NCBI GenBank assembly: GCA_965644295.1
Contig: CBFFRP010000430.1
Span: 186,001 to 250,000 of the forward strand
Origin: Paraphysomonas bandaiensis
Lineage: Eukaryota; Protista; Chrysophyceae
Direction of reading: 5' to 3'
DNA length: 64,000 bases
Positions 26,401-39,362 of the stretch are shown here, piece after piece. Below the pieces are notes generated by a model. The model did not search any database, was not told the origin of the DNA, and worked only from the letters and a program-made list of their open reading frames with translations. The translations under genes were made by a program, and so were the position numbers. How positions within the stretch are numbered: position 1 is the stretch's first letter; each line of letters starts with the position of its first letter.

Positions 26401-29400
26401 ATGTAGAGGCTGCTTTAGTGGAGCTAGGCAAAGTCAACAAGCCAAATAAAGCAGATAATATTATCTCTCCTGAACTAAAGGAGTCTCTTCGGAAGAGATA
26501 TCTGCGTGAAAATACAATGGATTTAAAGGCCCTGAAAAGTGCAGCAGCTATATTGGGTTTAAGCGGAGCGACGGATAGTTCATCGGACTCCACGTGTTTG
26601 TCAAATATAAATGCCAGTGGTAGCGCTGAGTTGAATTCAGAAAAAGATAAAACGTGTAGAGTTCCGTTGGTTGTTGAAAATGGGCTGACACAGGATATGG
26701 CGATTCGAGCTGTACATGTGTGCTTGGATTTAATGGGGATGCTTCCTACTGATGCAAAGCGCTCGTCGTCACTTTATCAGGCTCTTATACAGCTGCTCGT
26801 TCATATTACGAGGAACCAAGAGGTTGGCCTTGTTTTTACAGTGTATAACACTTTTAAATGTCTTTATTGTGATAGGTGAGAAACGAACTGTTGAAATGTA
26901 GAGGTATTCGATTTGTTTTGAAGACAGTCGCCCGGTTTGAAGGTAATTACTTTTTCTTTTCATAGCATGTTGTAATTTTGCCCGCTTAGACTCTAGCACA
27001 ATGGTGTATACCTTATTGCAACACCTTGTTGAAGACGAAGAGTATCTTACAAAAGCAATGGAAAGCGCAATGAAGCTCTGCATTCAAAGAGTGCACAAAA
27101 GCGAGACGAAAGGTCCTTTTTCTTATAGGCAAGATGAGAATAGTGATAAGCAAAGGGTATCTCTGAAAAGATTTTTGGAAATGCTCTGTCCATTGCTTTA
27201 TCGCAACCAGTACGTTTTCATGAAGGTCTTCAGGAGTACAATGCGAGTGTATACTTCTCGGGGAACGGAGTTTGTTACATTTAAATCAGCACCAGCTGAA
27301 GCCACACACTCCAGTTCAAGCGATACGAAGTGCACAGTAACCGATAATACGGAACAGCCACCATCCACGACACCACTTTTGGCTCCTTCACATATGGCCG
27401 TAGTTCAGAGTATAGTCGACGAGCTACTCGTGCTGTTATTTCGGCAATGGGTGCGATTGGGACGGATCGAGCAAGAGGGGGCAGAGTTAAAAGAGTCGAA
27501 TATTAAACTTCCTATCGCTGAGATTCTTATTATCCTGGGCGATCTCGTCACTTCAGTCCCAGGGTTGGCTACGTGCTTGCATAAGTTCGATTTGGTGTCT
27601 GTTCGCCAAAGGCTTCCTGAAGAAGTGCACGACGTACTCTCTATGTGCCTGCAGAATATGCGCCATGCCGTAACTGGGGAAGCCTTGAATTCAACCCACT
27701 TTATGGCTTTTCTGGTGCATTATTTGGTGGTGTCAAAATATACGACTGTCATTGGTAAATCACCAGTATCAGAGTCTGCCGACACATCCAGCGAGGACTC
27801 TGTTGAGAAAAAGGAGAGCAAGACTGCAGCACTAATAGTTGGCAGCAAGATTTCAGATGCTCCATCGTATCTGCTTGCCGCGTTAGTGGCACGACCTGGT
27901 GATGGCAGACGCCGTTCTCTTAAAGAGTTGCTTGGTGCCTTAAAGCTCCACGGCTGCTCACTTGACTCCACAGACAAACTAAAAGCTGTTGCCATACTCG
28001 CGACAACGATTCAAGGTTACCATTATTTAAAGCCTAGCTGGCGTCAGAGTGAAATGCTTGTACTCCCCACGAAAGATATATTCGCTCTGATGACATCGCT
28101 CAAGTATTATAGAGTCCTGAGTGATGCTATGTGCGCTATAAAGTTAGACCATCCTCTCGCACATCAGGCTGCACTGTTCATCGCTGGTCCTCTAGAAACT
28201 TTCATCAAGAAAGGACTACAAGATTCTGAAGGAACTATAGGTCATGCGCCTGTAACTGAATCGAAGCGTACATCGCGGTGTAGAAGCTCAAGTGTTGGTA
28301 GCGGTGATGATCCATCGAACACCGCCACAACAGACCAAACCCGGGTTGAAAATTCGACACAGTCCGGGCACTCCCAAGAACTTTCGGACAATCTTCCCAT
28401 TGAAGACAGTAACCCTGAATTTGCGTCTGTTCCGGAACCGTCCTATCATGAAGACGATGTCAACTCTTCCTTCATGCACTCGGAAGATGAGGAGGAAGAG
28501 GACGAAGATGATGACGATGACGACGATGATGATGATGAAGATGATGAGCTTGATGATGACGACGAAGACGATGATGACGATGATGATGATCATATCATGC
28601 ACATGGAGGAAACTGAGGAGATTGATGACCATGATGACGAAGATGATGACGGGGAGGATGACGAAAGTGAGGACGGCGATGCTGCCAATTTTCACCACTT
28701 CATGGGTGGTTTACCCTTAGATATTCCTACTGAGCTCATTTCTACTTCCTCTGAAACTGGTATGGGTCGCGGTGGTAATAACCGTAATATGCAGGAAACG
28801 CAGGGTGGTGATAGAGATCGTGAAGGGAACGAGGGCTCCAACGGTGGATCTGTGACCGTGGTGTATGATCATGATGGAGTTCTGTCTCCTCAATTTTCTA
28901 ATGTTGACCGTATTGCCGATAACGACGATGTAGAATCTGGGAATGGTTCAGCATTGGACGTAGAACGTGATTATGAAAACATGGATGCGGACTTCAACGT
29001 CGCATCATCAGCCGCTGAAGATGATGATGCCGAAGAATTTGGAGGAAGTGGATTTGGTGTTGATGAGCTCTTTGTACCCTCAGGAGATGGAATTGAAGAT
29101 GAAGACGATGAAGATGACGAAATCAATGGGCGTGGAGAAGATATCGAAAGGTAGTTACGTGTTTTTGTGCAATTAGTGATATGTCTAACTGTTCTGTTAG
29201 TATTGCCCAAGGGTTATTCGGCGCTATGATTCCAGCCGCTCGCAGTGACTCTTCTGTCCCACATCATCACGGGGCGGTACATATACACCACAACAGAGAG
29301 GGGGTACAGGTCCACATTCACGGTAATGAGGCAATGCGAGACTTCCTGCAGCACCTTCCGACTCCCACGCATAACCCGCGTCTACAGCGATCCGGTCGTT

Positions 29401-32400
29401 CCAATAACTCGGACATGCGAAGCTTCTTTTCCCAAGTGTCTTCCGTTGTTCGTGGCGGCTCATATCCAAGAATGGAAAGAAGGATGGATGCTGACAGAAT
29501 GTTGTCCCGTGCTGATGCGGGAGTTGACACATCTCAACCTGGCCTGCATCCTCTATTAGCAGTTACTGATCCTCGACAGGCGAGAGAAATGTTTACACCT
29601 ACGAATTCAGGGTACAGAGGTCAAGCTATGGTTGAGGCCATTTTATCTGCTTATGAGTCACACGGGAGGGTGTTTGGAGGACCATCCATGCGCCCCTCAG
29701 ACTCGAGACAGACCCGTCTAAATATTGCTGGTCGCCGTCGATCCCTGAATCCTGTTGTGTCTGACAGAAGGTGGGGAACTGATGTTGGAGAGATAGAAGT
29801 TGTGGGTAGCCGATTGCAGCCTCTGCTGGAGACATTCACGGACTGTATCTCCGATGAGATTGAGCGCACTGAATCCGACCAAGATATAAATCAGAGCAGT
29901 AGAATGCAAACAGATGACTCTAGTGATGAATCTAAAGAAGATAAGTCTATTCATGGTGAAAATGAAAGCAAAGACGATGATGTGCTCCTCACGTCCAATC
30001 GCTCTTCATCTAATACTAGTGGTGGTGATGTGACGAGATCAAGTTCGGAGTCTACTGGCGCATCTAGCCCTACCTCTTTTCCAACAGGAACCTCGAGTGC
30101 GGTACAAACAGGTGAAATTTCCGCGTCTTCGACTTCTGCTGATGGAAGTGAAGGTGCTGCTGAGGGGGGGGCGACGGAGAGTGACGCATCTACTATTCCT
30201 ACTTCTGTTCATTCAGCAGACTCGACTGCAGTGCCTGCAGGTGGAAATTCTGTGCCCTCAATGGCTGCCGAAGGAAGTGTGGACGCCACTGATGGGGAGG
30301 CGAGAGAGTGTGAGCCTATGGAAGTTACTGTAGCCGTTACAGGAGAAAACTCCTCCATTTCTGATAGTGCTCCACCTTCAGCACCCACTATGCAGTGCCC
30401 GGAGGGCGTTGACCAGGATGTCTGGAATTCTCTTCCATATAGTGTGCAACTTGAGTTAGCTGCGTCTAATGCGTCGTCGTCTGTCACTGGGGACGAGCGG
30501 GACTTGCTGGAGAGTACGGAACTCGACAGAGAAACTCTGGAAGCATTACCTCCAGATATGCGGAGTGAGGTAAGAGGTTTAATGTTGATATATTTAAATT
30601 TTCTTATTGTACAATGCATAGATTTTGAGAGAAGAAGCCGTTGAACGTAGGAGGCGTCAATCGTTTGACGAAACTGGGAACCCTGTGGCCAGTACTTCAG
30701 ATAGCGGGGCGACAACGAGTACTAGCGATAATTACGGGGCGTCATTCTTATCGTCTTTGCCATTTGAATTGCGTCAAGAGGCCCTATTAAGCGTAGATGA
30801 AGACTTTATATCGACCTTGCCAGCTGATATTCAAGCAGAGGCACGGCAATTACAGCGAGAACATGGGAGACCTTCTGGCAATATATTACCTCTCGTAGGA
30901 GGGAGAGACGAATGGGAAGGATTTCCTGGCGTTGAAGGCGACGGAGATGAAGAAGAGGATGGTGAGGGACCGATAACGATAGGACGGTCGATGACACGGG
31001 ACGTAGGAAATCGAATTCGTCAAGGTTGGTTTTGTGTTTTTCATTTTCTTTTCTTCATTTTGGTTTCATATCACAGGTATCAGCAGAGGTCATTCTTCCC
31101 AATCGAATAGCAGCTTACGGGGAAGGGGTGCTGTCCGCGTGTCCGGCATTGAATCGGCATTTATTAAATTTGATGATAACATCTCACCTAGTAGTCGACT
31201 GCCATTCGGGCGCAACTTGCCGGTGAGGTTGCTCCTGCAGCTGCACACAACTAGACGGGCAAGGCTCTCCAAGCCACTTCTGAAACTTACAGTTGCTATA
31301 TGCAAATACAACGTTACGAGAAGACCATTCATGTCTGCCATAATGGCGTCCATGTTTCATGATCGAGCGGCCCTTGAATCCGCACTACATGTCCTTCAAT
31401 GTGGTGATGAACCATCTTCCGAACTCTCAGGAAAAGGAATGATACAAAGCAGCCCAATGCTATCTGAACGCCGCAGGAGCAGGAGTAGAGATACAGTGGT
31501 TTCCGAAGATGGCAAGGCGCTACTTAGTCATTTCAATAGAACTGAAGCGGGGCCGGAGTGTGTGACTCCAGTCACTCTTCGTCGATTACTCAATGCTATA
31601 TATTATTTATGTAGAAAGACTGAAAAGCGAGCTTGGTACGATATGATGCACCAGGAGCGGTACGCTAGTGATAGCCCTAGCTCTACTTCAAGCCGTTATA
31701 TCAGCGTTTGTGGAACAAAGTGGATGTTTGGCCAGCTGTTGGAACTGCTAAACCACCCCAGTTTTGGATCCAACGCGAACATCGATATGGTCCTCCACGT
31801 TATACAAGAAATTTTGGAGCCCATAAGTCACCTTCGCCCATCGGAAGTGCAAGCACTCATTGCTCGTCAGGGTAGTCTCCCTGCCGATGACTCGGCAGGT
31901 GACAGCTGGGACAGGCGGAAGCCTAAGCGCGTCCGCATTGCCGAACCAGTTGTATCAGGATACAAAAGTGTAGCTGGTGGTGGTGGAGATGGCCCTGGGG
32001 ATGAAGATAGCGCGGCGAATAGGAATGTACCAGCAGGTGACCGACCCGGGGATGTAACTTCCAGCAGTGATAACGTCGCCATGGACGCGAGCAACACACA
32101 GGAAGGGCAGGAGGAGAGTAGCTCATCCGTCACGGCGACGCCGCGTGCTGACTCTGATACACCTACGTCTGCTAAGTCAGGAGATACTAAGCCGCCTGGA
32201 GTACTCACATCGAGACCGGTGTATTCAAGTCAGGTGATAGGTAGCGTAAAAGTTATCAAATGCGATCTACCCTTCCCTGTTCTGGACTACCGTGAGGCTT
32301 CCACGCTGGCTGGAGTTGTTCGTTATGAAGAATGTGGAGGATCTTTTCCAAGTCGTCTCAGTCGTATTTTGCATACCCTTTGTTTGCACGATGGCAACTG

Positions 32401-34671
32401 GAGAAATCTACTGAGCAGTTTACGGTCGGTTGCTGAAGGAGTTGCTCTGAAAGCGATTCACGAAGCTCGTTCGATACGAATGATGCTTGCTAATATTATT
32501 GAACAAAATGGAAATGCCGCCTTGGCAATGGCCTTCCCACATTTATCTACTCCATCAACTGTATCGGAACTGCGGCTTCTGCATGTTCTTCGTCTGATTA
32601 CGAGTTTGCGTGATGATGGTGATGGCTCCGAGGAAGCTGAGGCCACGAATAGTTCTTCCTCCTCTGTGGTTGCATCTGTCATTGGAGAAATAGATTTTCA
32701 AGATTTATGGGATCTACTCGTGAGTACATTGGATTTAGTTCGTAATCTAGAGGGTATAAATGACCTAGATGACATGGATGTTGTTGGCGATGAGGGCCCA
32801 TCCACCGATGCTACTGTTTCCAGTTCAAGTGGATCAAAGGAGAAAGTGTCGACTCCAACACCTACACTTTCGTCATTGACCATGCGTTTTGTCCCACTCA
32901 TTGAGTGTTTCTTGACAGTGTGTCGATGCACTGTTCTAAAGGGAATGGACGAATTCAAAGTCGATGATGCATTGGCTGCCAAGGATGACGGCTTGACATT
33001 GAAGCGCAAGAGCAGCTCGGATATAGTTAGTCCTGGGAGATCTAATTCAACGGACGCGTCTTCCAGTGATCAACCACAAGGTCAAGTGTTGCGCATCAAA
33101 AAAGCGCAGATGCCTGGCCTAAGGTTTCGCCAGAAGCCAGAATTTAAAAACATGCAACAGGAGCTTGACGATAGTGTCGAGGCAAGACGCCTTCTCACAT
33201 TCGTCGAGAAAAACAGTATGCTTTTAAATATGGTTTTGAAACAGAATGTGAACTTGCTTGACAGTTCTTTCGCACCTTTGATTCAAATTCCTCGTTGCAG
33301 AGCGATGTTGCACTTTGATATTAAACGAGCTTTCTTCAAAATGAAACTGAAGAAGATGAAAAAGAAAGGCGGTAGACAATATGAGATATCTAGATTGAAG
33401 GCGAGTTTAATATGTATTATTTGTGCTATCAATAACTATTACTTACAGGTTAATGTTCGTCGCCAATCGATTTTCGAAGATTCCTTCCAGCGACTCCGTG
33501 ATGTTACAGCTGATGTAATGCGTCGTCCACTGTCCGTTACGTTTCATGGTGAAGATGGTATTGATGCTGGAGGGGTTACCAGGGAGTGGTACAGCTCGCT
33601 GGCGAAGGAAATATTCAACGAGAATTACGCACTATTTGTAAATGCAACACATGACAATGTTACTTTCCAGCCAAATCCTCTAAGTGCAGCGAACGATTCT
33701 CACTTGGCTTACTTTAAATTTGTTGGAAGAATTATAGGAAAAGCGATTTGTGATGGCCAGCTGTTGGATGCTCATTTCACGCGGTCATTTTATAAACATA
33801 TCCTTGGTGTTCCAGTTAGCTATCATGATCTCGAAGCAACTGAGCCTGAATTTTACAAAGGGTTGATCGCAATACTCGAGCACCCGCTGGATTTGCTGGG
33901 AATGGAGCTGACTTTTTCTGCTGAACTCAATGTGGTGCGTAAATAGCAAAATTTGAACGGTTATATATACTGACTGCGTGTATGTAGTTTGGATCTACTC
34001 AGATTGTTGACCTGGTGGAAGGGGGTCGGAATATTCCAGTGACAGATGAAAATAAGCTGGATTATGTACGCCTTGTTGCTCACCATAGGATGACGGCCGC
34101 AATCAACAAACAGGTACTTCTATTTTCTAACAGGTTGCGTGTGCTAATGCATATACAGATTGACCAGTTCTTAGAAGGATTCCACGAGTTAGTTCCTCCA
34201 GAACTGGTGTCAATATTTGACGCTCAGGAGCTGGAACTACTTATCAGTGGTCTGCCAGATATAGATTTGGACGACCTGCGCGCGCACACAGATTATCAGG
34301 GTTATAAAAGCACTGACCCTGTTATTTCTTATTTTTGGTCCGCTTTGCGCAGCTTTTCGCAGGAAGAGAAGGCGCTTTTCTTGCAGTTTGTTACTGGAAC
34401 TAGCAAGGTGAGATATCTAGTTATGGTGTTAGTTATGTGGCATTGATTATTATATGTGTTTTAGGTTCCGTTGGATGGTTTCCAAGCTCTGAGGGGGAAC
34501 AGGGGCATTCAGCAGTTCTCCATCCACAAAGCTTACGGGACACATTTGCTGCCCTGTGCTCACACATGTTTCAACCAACTGGACCTTCCGGAGTATGCTA
34601 GTGAGGAGGAGCTGAAGGAGAAGCTGTTAGTTGCAATTAGAGAAGGTTCAGAAGGGTTTGGGATTGCGTAG
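20466..34671 (+). CDS. HUWE1: HUWE1/Tom1/UPL1-type giant HECT E3 ubiquitin ligase
   Basis: N-terminal DLLEWASVL (DUF908) and INNDP (DUF913) regions, acidic tract, UBM repeats ([24 protein letters not shown]), and a HECT domain ([38 protein letters not shown]). More than ten short introns. Confidence 0.95.
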
Positions 34672-36104
34672 TGAGGTTTATTTTTCTTCTTTGAGAATAA
34701 ACCGAATATTTCGTGTTTTCGATGATAGAAGTCTCGCCCATTTTAGTCATAAATTAATCCAATTACCTTTTATTCTATTGACAAAGATTTTTGTTAACTA
34801 GTACGTTAGGATGACGAGGTCAACACCAGTATTATTCGTTCTGAGGGTCCGAACGTACCCCATCAGTTGTCAGTCTAAAATGCAAAATATAAACTTTAGA
34901 AAATGTTGACTTCATCTTAATTGAGCTGACGCTCCACTGGAACCTTTGAAATAATACATACCTTGACCTGCCTTAAAAAGTAAACGAGCTAGCACAGTGT
35001 GTATATAACTAGACATTAGACATAACAGACTAGAAACATATTGGGAATGGTGGTATCTCTGGTGTATATGCTGTAGTGTACATGTGCAGTGAACAGTGAA
35101 TGTCGTAATATTAGCAATAAGCATTTAAGAGTCAGAACTAATGTAGTATTGCAATTTAACGAACTAGTGCTTAACTCTGATATCCTACTATATTTTACGC
35201 TCCGAAAGCTGCTTGTGCGTCACCGCAAACACCAAGGTGAAGCCACTTTCGCTCATATCACTCACTCAGTGACCAAGCAGAATGCCGATATACATGATAT
35301 CTGCTGACTTCAGTGTTTTGGAGTACTTAATGTGAACAGCCCAGATGCTTGACTTCAGAACAAGCGTGGATAAAATGATTGACGATTTCAGAACAAGTGG
35401 GATATATTGATTATGATATCCCACAACATAGCAATATATTTTATACACTATATTTAGTATGTGTAATAATATATAATATATAATAGTACACGGATGCGAT
35501 GGTTGACACCTCAACACTACGCTAAAACTAAGCGTATGTAAAATAAAAGTTTAACAGTAGTCATGTACAGTGCGCGTATAGAACTAATGTACGCACTTCA
35601 TTATACGTTGCCAACATCAAAAGGATGGTATTATAAATATTTCAATTAATTAAAATTACAATATTTGGAAATTTGGTGCAATTAATTAAAAAATTAGTAT
35701 TTGTGACACACTTTCATACCGAATGTCAGATTCCGAACAGTCCGCTGTGTGTGCTGCGTGGATGACCTACTATTTTTCACTGGTGGGTGATCAAGTCCCC
35801 GACTCTGACTCGGAGATTCACCTCGAGCCCATTCCTAAGAAGAATGTGTACTCGGAGTACCGCTTTGACATGAAGTCGAGGTAATACCAAAACCTGGGTT
35901 TTGATGTAAAACCTGGTGAAATTTTTGGTGATGGTCGGAAAAGGGTATAACTATGCACAATAAGTAACTATGAAGTTAATAACAGTGTGAAGAGTATTAT
36001 TTATAATATTTTTTACTAATTTCTTCCATATTACTTCAGTTTTACAGCAATAAAAGTCACCGACTACACATATATATTACATACAGTTCACAAGTATGAA
36101 CTAT

Positions 36105-36492
36105 AACCATCTCACTAAACACCACTACACCATCTCAGAATACACCCACATACCATCTCACTATACACCCATATACCATCTCACTATACACCCATACCAT
36201 ATTACTATGCATCACTATACCATCCCACTATATTATACCACTATACCATCTACTGTATGCCACTATACCACCTAACTATACATCACTACACTATCTCACT
36301 ATACACCCATATACCATCTCACTATACACCCATATACCATCTCACTATACACCCATACCATATTACTATGCATCACTATACCGTCCCACTATATTATACC
36401 ACTATACCATCTACTGTATACCACTATACCACCTAACTATACATCACTACACTATCTCACTATACACCCATATACCATTTCACTATACACCT
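36105..36492. repeat. CACTATACCAT-rich minisatellite with ~161-bp higher-order duplication
   Basis: TATTACTATG block recurs at 36200 and 36361. Confidence 0.85.
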
Positions 36493-36496
36493 ACGT

Positions 36497-36755
36497 ATGG
36501 GACAAATCATACGCGATGGGCAGAAACCAAGCCAAAGGAAAAACCGGGCCTGATCACATAACAACGGCCTCAGCATGCGCAGACTGTGCACTCCCAATCG
36601 ACAACATGGCACACATGCTTCTCACCTGCACACACCCCGACCTCACTCACATACGTGAAGATGTTCACCAAGCACACCACAAGTTCGACAAACTTCGCAC
36701 ACGCACGCTCCCCCATCCCTGGTTCCACACCGCCATAATCAAACTAGCAAACTAA
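36497..36755 (+). pseudogene. Fragment of non-LTR retrotransposon C-terminal CCHC zinc finger
   Basis: CADCALPIDNMAHMLLTC is a Cx2C-xn-H-x4-C motif of LINE ORF2 ends, with AC-rich LINE-like composition. Confidence 0.6.
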
Positions 36756-39362
36756 CCTCTCAGATACAAATTACAGTAAAATAATAACTCAATACTTATA
36801 TATGAAACCTGGTGAAATTGCTTTACCAGGTTTTGGTATTACCTCGACTTATGGAACAGATTAGTGAGATTCCACTTCAGCTGCAGACATTCCTGCAGAT
36901 ATGGAAGAAGATTTTCTCGTACGTCAAGGTTCGGAAATATAAGCAGAGTTGTGGGCATTGCAATACTTGTGCCATGCTTTCGGATAAGCGTCGCCAGTTC
37001 AGAGATCGAAGGGGGCGGGAGGAGATTACGAATCTTTACGCCCTACACCGTCTAAGTACTATGCAGGAACGCCGTCGGTACTACTCCAGACGACTTGAAG
37101 CACAGCTCCCCCCACAGTTAGTACTGTCCACCATTTCAGATGGTATGCAGCAAAATCATTGTATGCTTCCCTGGTTTGGACATAATAAGATGTCCGCTTC
37201 GCAAAGGAGGAGTGGACCCAACTGCAGTTCACGTTTGAGAGGGTGGTCACTCCTGCCGAGTTGACTGAACATCCTCTTGGCGTGAAGACATCATATCGGG
37301 CATATGCCTCAGAGGAATACATCGAAATTGTCGAGGACACTGACCAGCAGTCTCTCTGTGGCCTCGTTGCTCAACTTTGTGAAGTGCAGAGTTATCCTCT
37401 CCCTAGTGAAAAGCCCTTGAACTTCTTGAAGAATCTTCCAAGCGGTGACTTTTCCCCAGCCCCCTTCATAGCTGGATCTTTTGAGTTAACTTCAGCTCTG
37501 TGCAAGAAAATGATAGAACAATATTCAACGCATAAGCCGAAGGTGGCCGAGGAATGGAAAGAGTGGCTGGATATTTCTCCCAAGAGTAATAGTGCTCAAG
37601 ATTTTGTCACCGAAATTGGTGGAATATTTATTCCACTAAGAGATGTCCTATTCAGTGGGACTGGAGTGTCCGATTTTGAAGTGGAATGCGGACATAGAGG
37701 AGTACGCGGAGGGCTATATGGATCCCATGCAGACGGAATTAGGAGGGTCAAGGCTACGGCTTGTGTTCTACACAACGAGAACAAAACTTCCGGCGCAAGG
37801 AAGATACCCCCACGAGTTGTCGTCCGGAATTGTGATGGTTCTACACCCACCGATATGGTCGGAGTCTTGCCCAATGTATACCCCGGCAGAGAAGAGCAGC
37901 GTGCGGCGAGGAAGAAGACAAATGTTGAAAGAAAAGAAGCACGTGCAAAGAAGGCGAGGCTTGATGCCAGGAGGAGGGAGGAAGGCTGGGATTGTGGTGA
38001 TATAATCGTCAATGACTCAGACGATAGTAATCAATCTGGTATGTTATTGTGTTGTAGATATTATATTATTATGCCATGTTTATATCTGTACAATATCAGG
38101 ACAAGAGGTGGAGTCATCATCGTCTGATGACGATGGTAACCCCTCTATCACGTATTCTCCTGGGGACGAAATTGTTACTGTGACTAGGATGCGTGGTATT
38201 GTCCATGCTGTCAATGATGATGGTACCTATCATCTTGTTTACAAAAGCAAGAAGAGATGTGGTGCCACCAGGGAGGATAAGTCAGTGCGCTCCAAATACT
38301 TCTCGCTTACATCTGGTATACTTTATATATATGCTTGTTTGTGTACTGTACCTAATATTGATTATAGCCCACCAGGATAAGCCTCATAATATTCCCTCCA
38401 GTAAAAGAGACAATATATCCAGGTGGAGATATATATCCAGGAACCCACAGGTGCAGTTGATTCTGCTTCTATTATTACTGGTAAACGTACCAGAAGTTCA
38501 GTTGATTATCGCTTGTAAGTATAGATAGCACTTTGTAATATATATAATAGTGCTATCTATAGTATGTGTGTATTAACCGTTACATTGACCGTTACATTCT
38601 CACTTTTTGGACCTGTAACTAATATAAAACTTATTAAATGTCTCCAAAAACATGTTCTCTTTACACCTACTACATTACTTATTGCAAAACATATAAAAAA
38701 CACAACTTAAATCGACATTTTCAAAATTTCACCAGGTTTAGAGCGCTTCTCCAGGTTTGTTCATCACATCAACTTATAGTGACTTGTATAAATTATATGG
38801 TAGTATACATATGTCTATGTGTATCCTGTAGAGGATGATATCGGATACATAGGACAATATGTGGAGTGTAAACACATAAACGTGTAAACACTTTAGTTAC
38901 ATCGACAGTACTCACGGCTGATATATTTCATAGCTTTGATGAAGCATGATTGTGGGAATACACGTTCGTGAGTTATAAGAGGATGTGGAACTTTACTTCT
39001 GAAGCTGTATTCTGTACTGCGACTCTATGCTGTCTGCACATTAATGATACGAAGCTAGAAAATATTGGTTTGGACGAGATGAATATCACCAATACCAATT
39101 CATTTGTCATTGTTCAGGTCGAATTTGAATTCGATATTTCAACTGTTGTGACGAGGTTGAATAGGCCCTCAATTACGGTATCGAAATAGAGACAGCAATT
39201 CATTGTCAATTAATTGCAACCTTCTAGTGAACAATTAAACTTCGATTATAACGTATATTCCATGCAATTAAAATGCAATTCAATTAATTGTGTGACGCAG
39301 CCCTGGTCGATATATGCCTAAAAGTAGTGACAATAGAAAACTTTTATTACGATTTAAATTTA

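Larger units (their letters stand above)
35873..36850. mobile_element. 978-bp non-autonomous TIR element, 25-bp perfect TIRs, 3-bp TSD (ATG)
   Basis: AAGTCGAGGTAATACCAAAACCTGG ... CCAGGTTTTGGTATTACCTCGACTT. Removing it plus one ATG restores the host frame (RFDM|EQISEIP). Confidence 0.85.
35720..38775 (+). mobile_element. Degenerate DNA transposon with Sola-like/'DGMxQ' transposase; 5'-truncated, internally deleted, interrupted by a nested element
   Basis: WMTYYFSLVGDQVPD...FLQIWKKIFSYVKVRKYKQSCGHCNTC...QERRRYYSRR...ISDGMQQNH. Frame break near 37190. Right-end TIR-like sequence at 38751-38775. Confidence 0.6.

Noticed and set aside
28480-28680. (GAT/GAC) trinucleotide array
   Set aside because: Encodes the acidic tract expected in HUWE1/Tom1 proteins.
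39190-39305. hAT-like end (CAGGGCTG plus CAATTAATTG motifs), similar motif at 35640-35712
   Set aside because: No matching partner TIR or 8-bp TSD found in the window.
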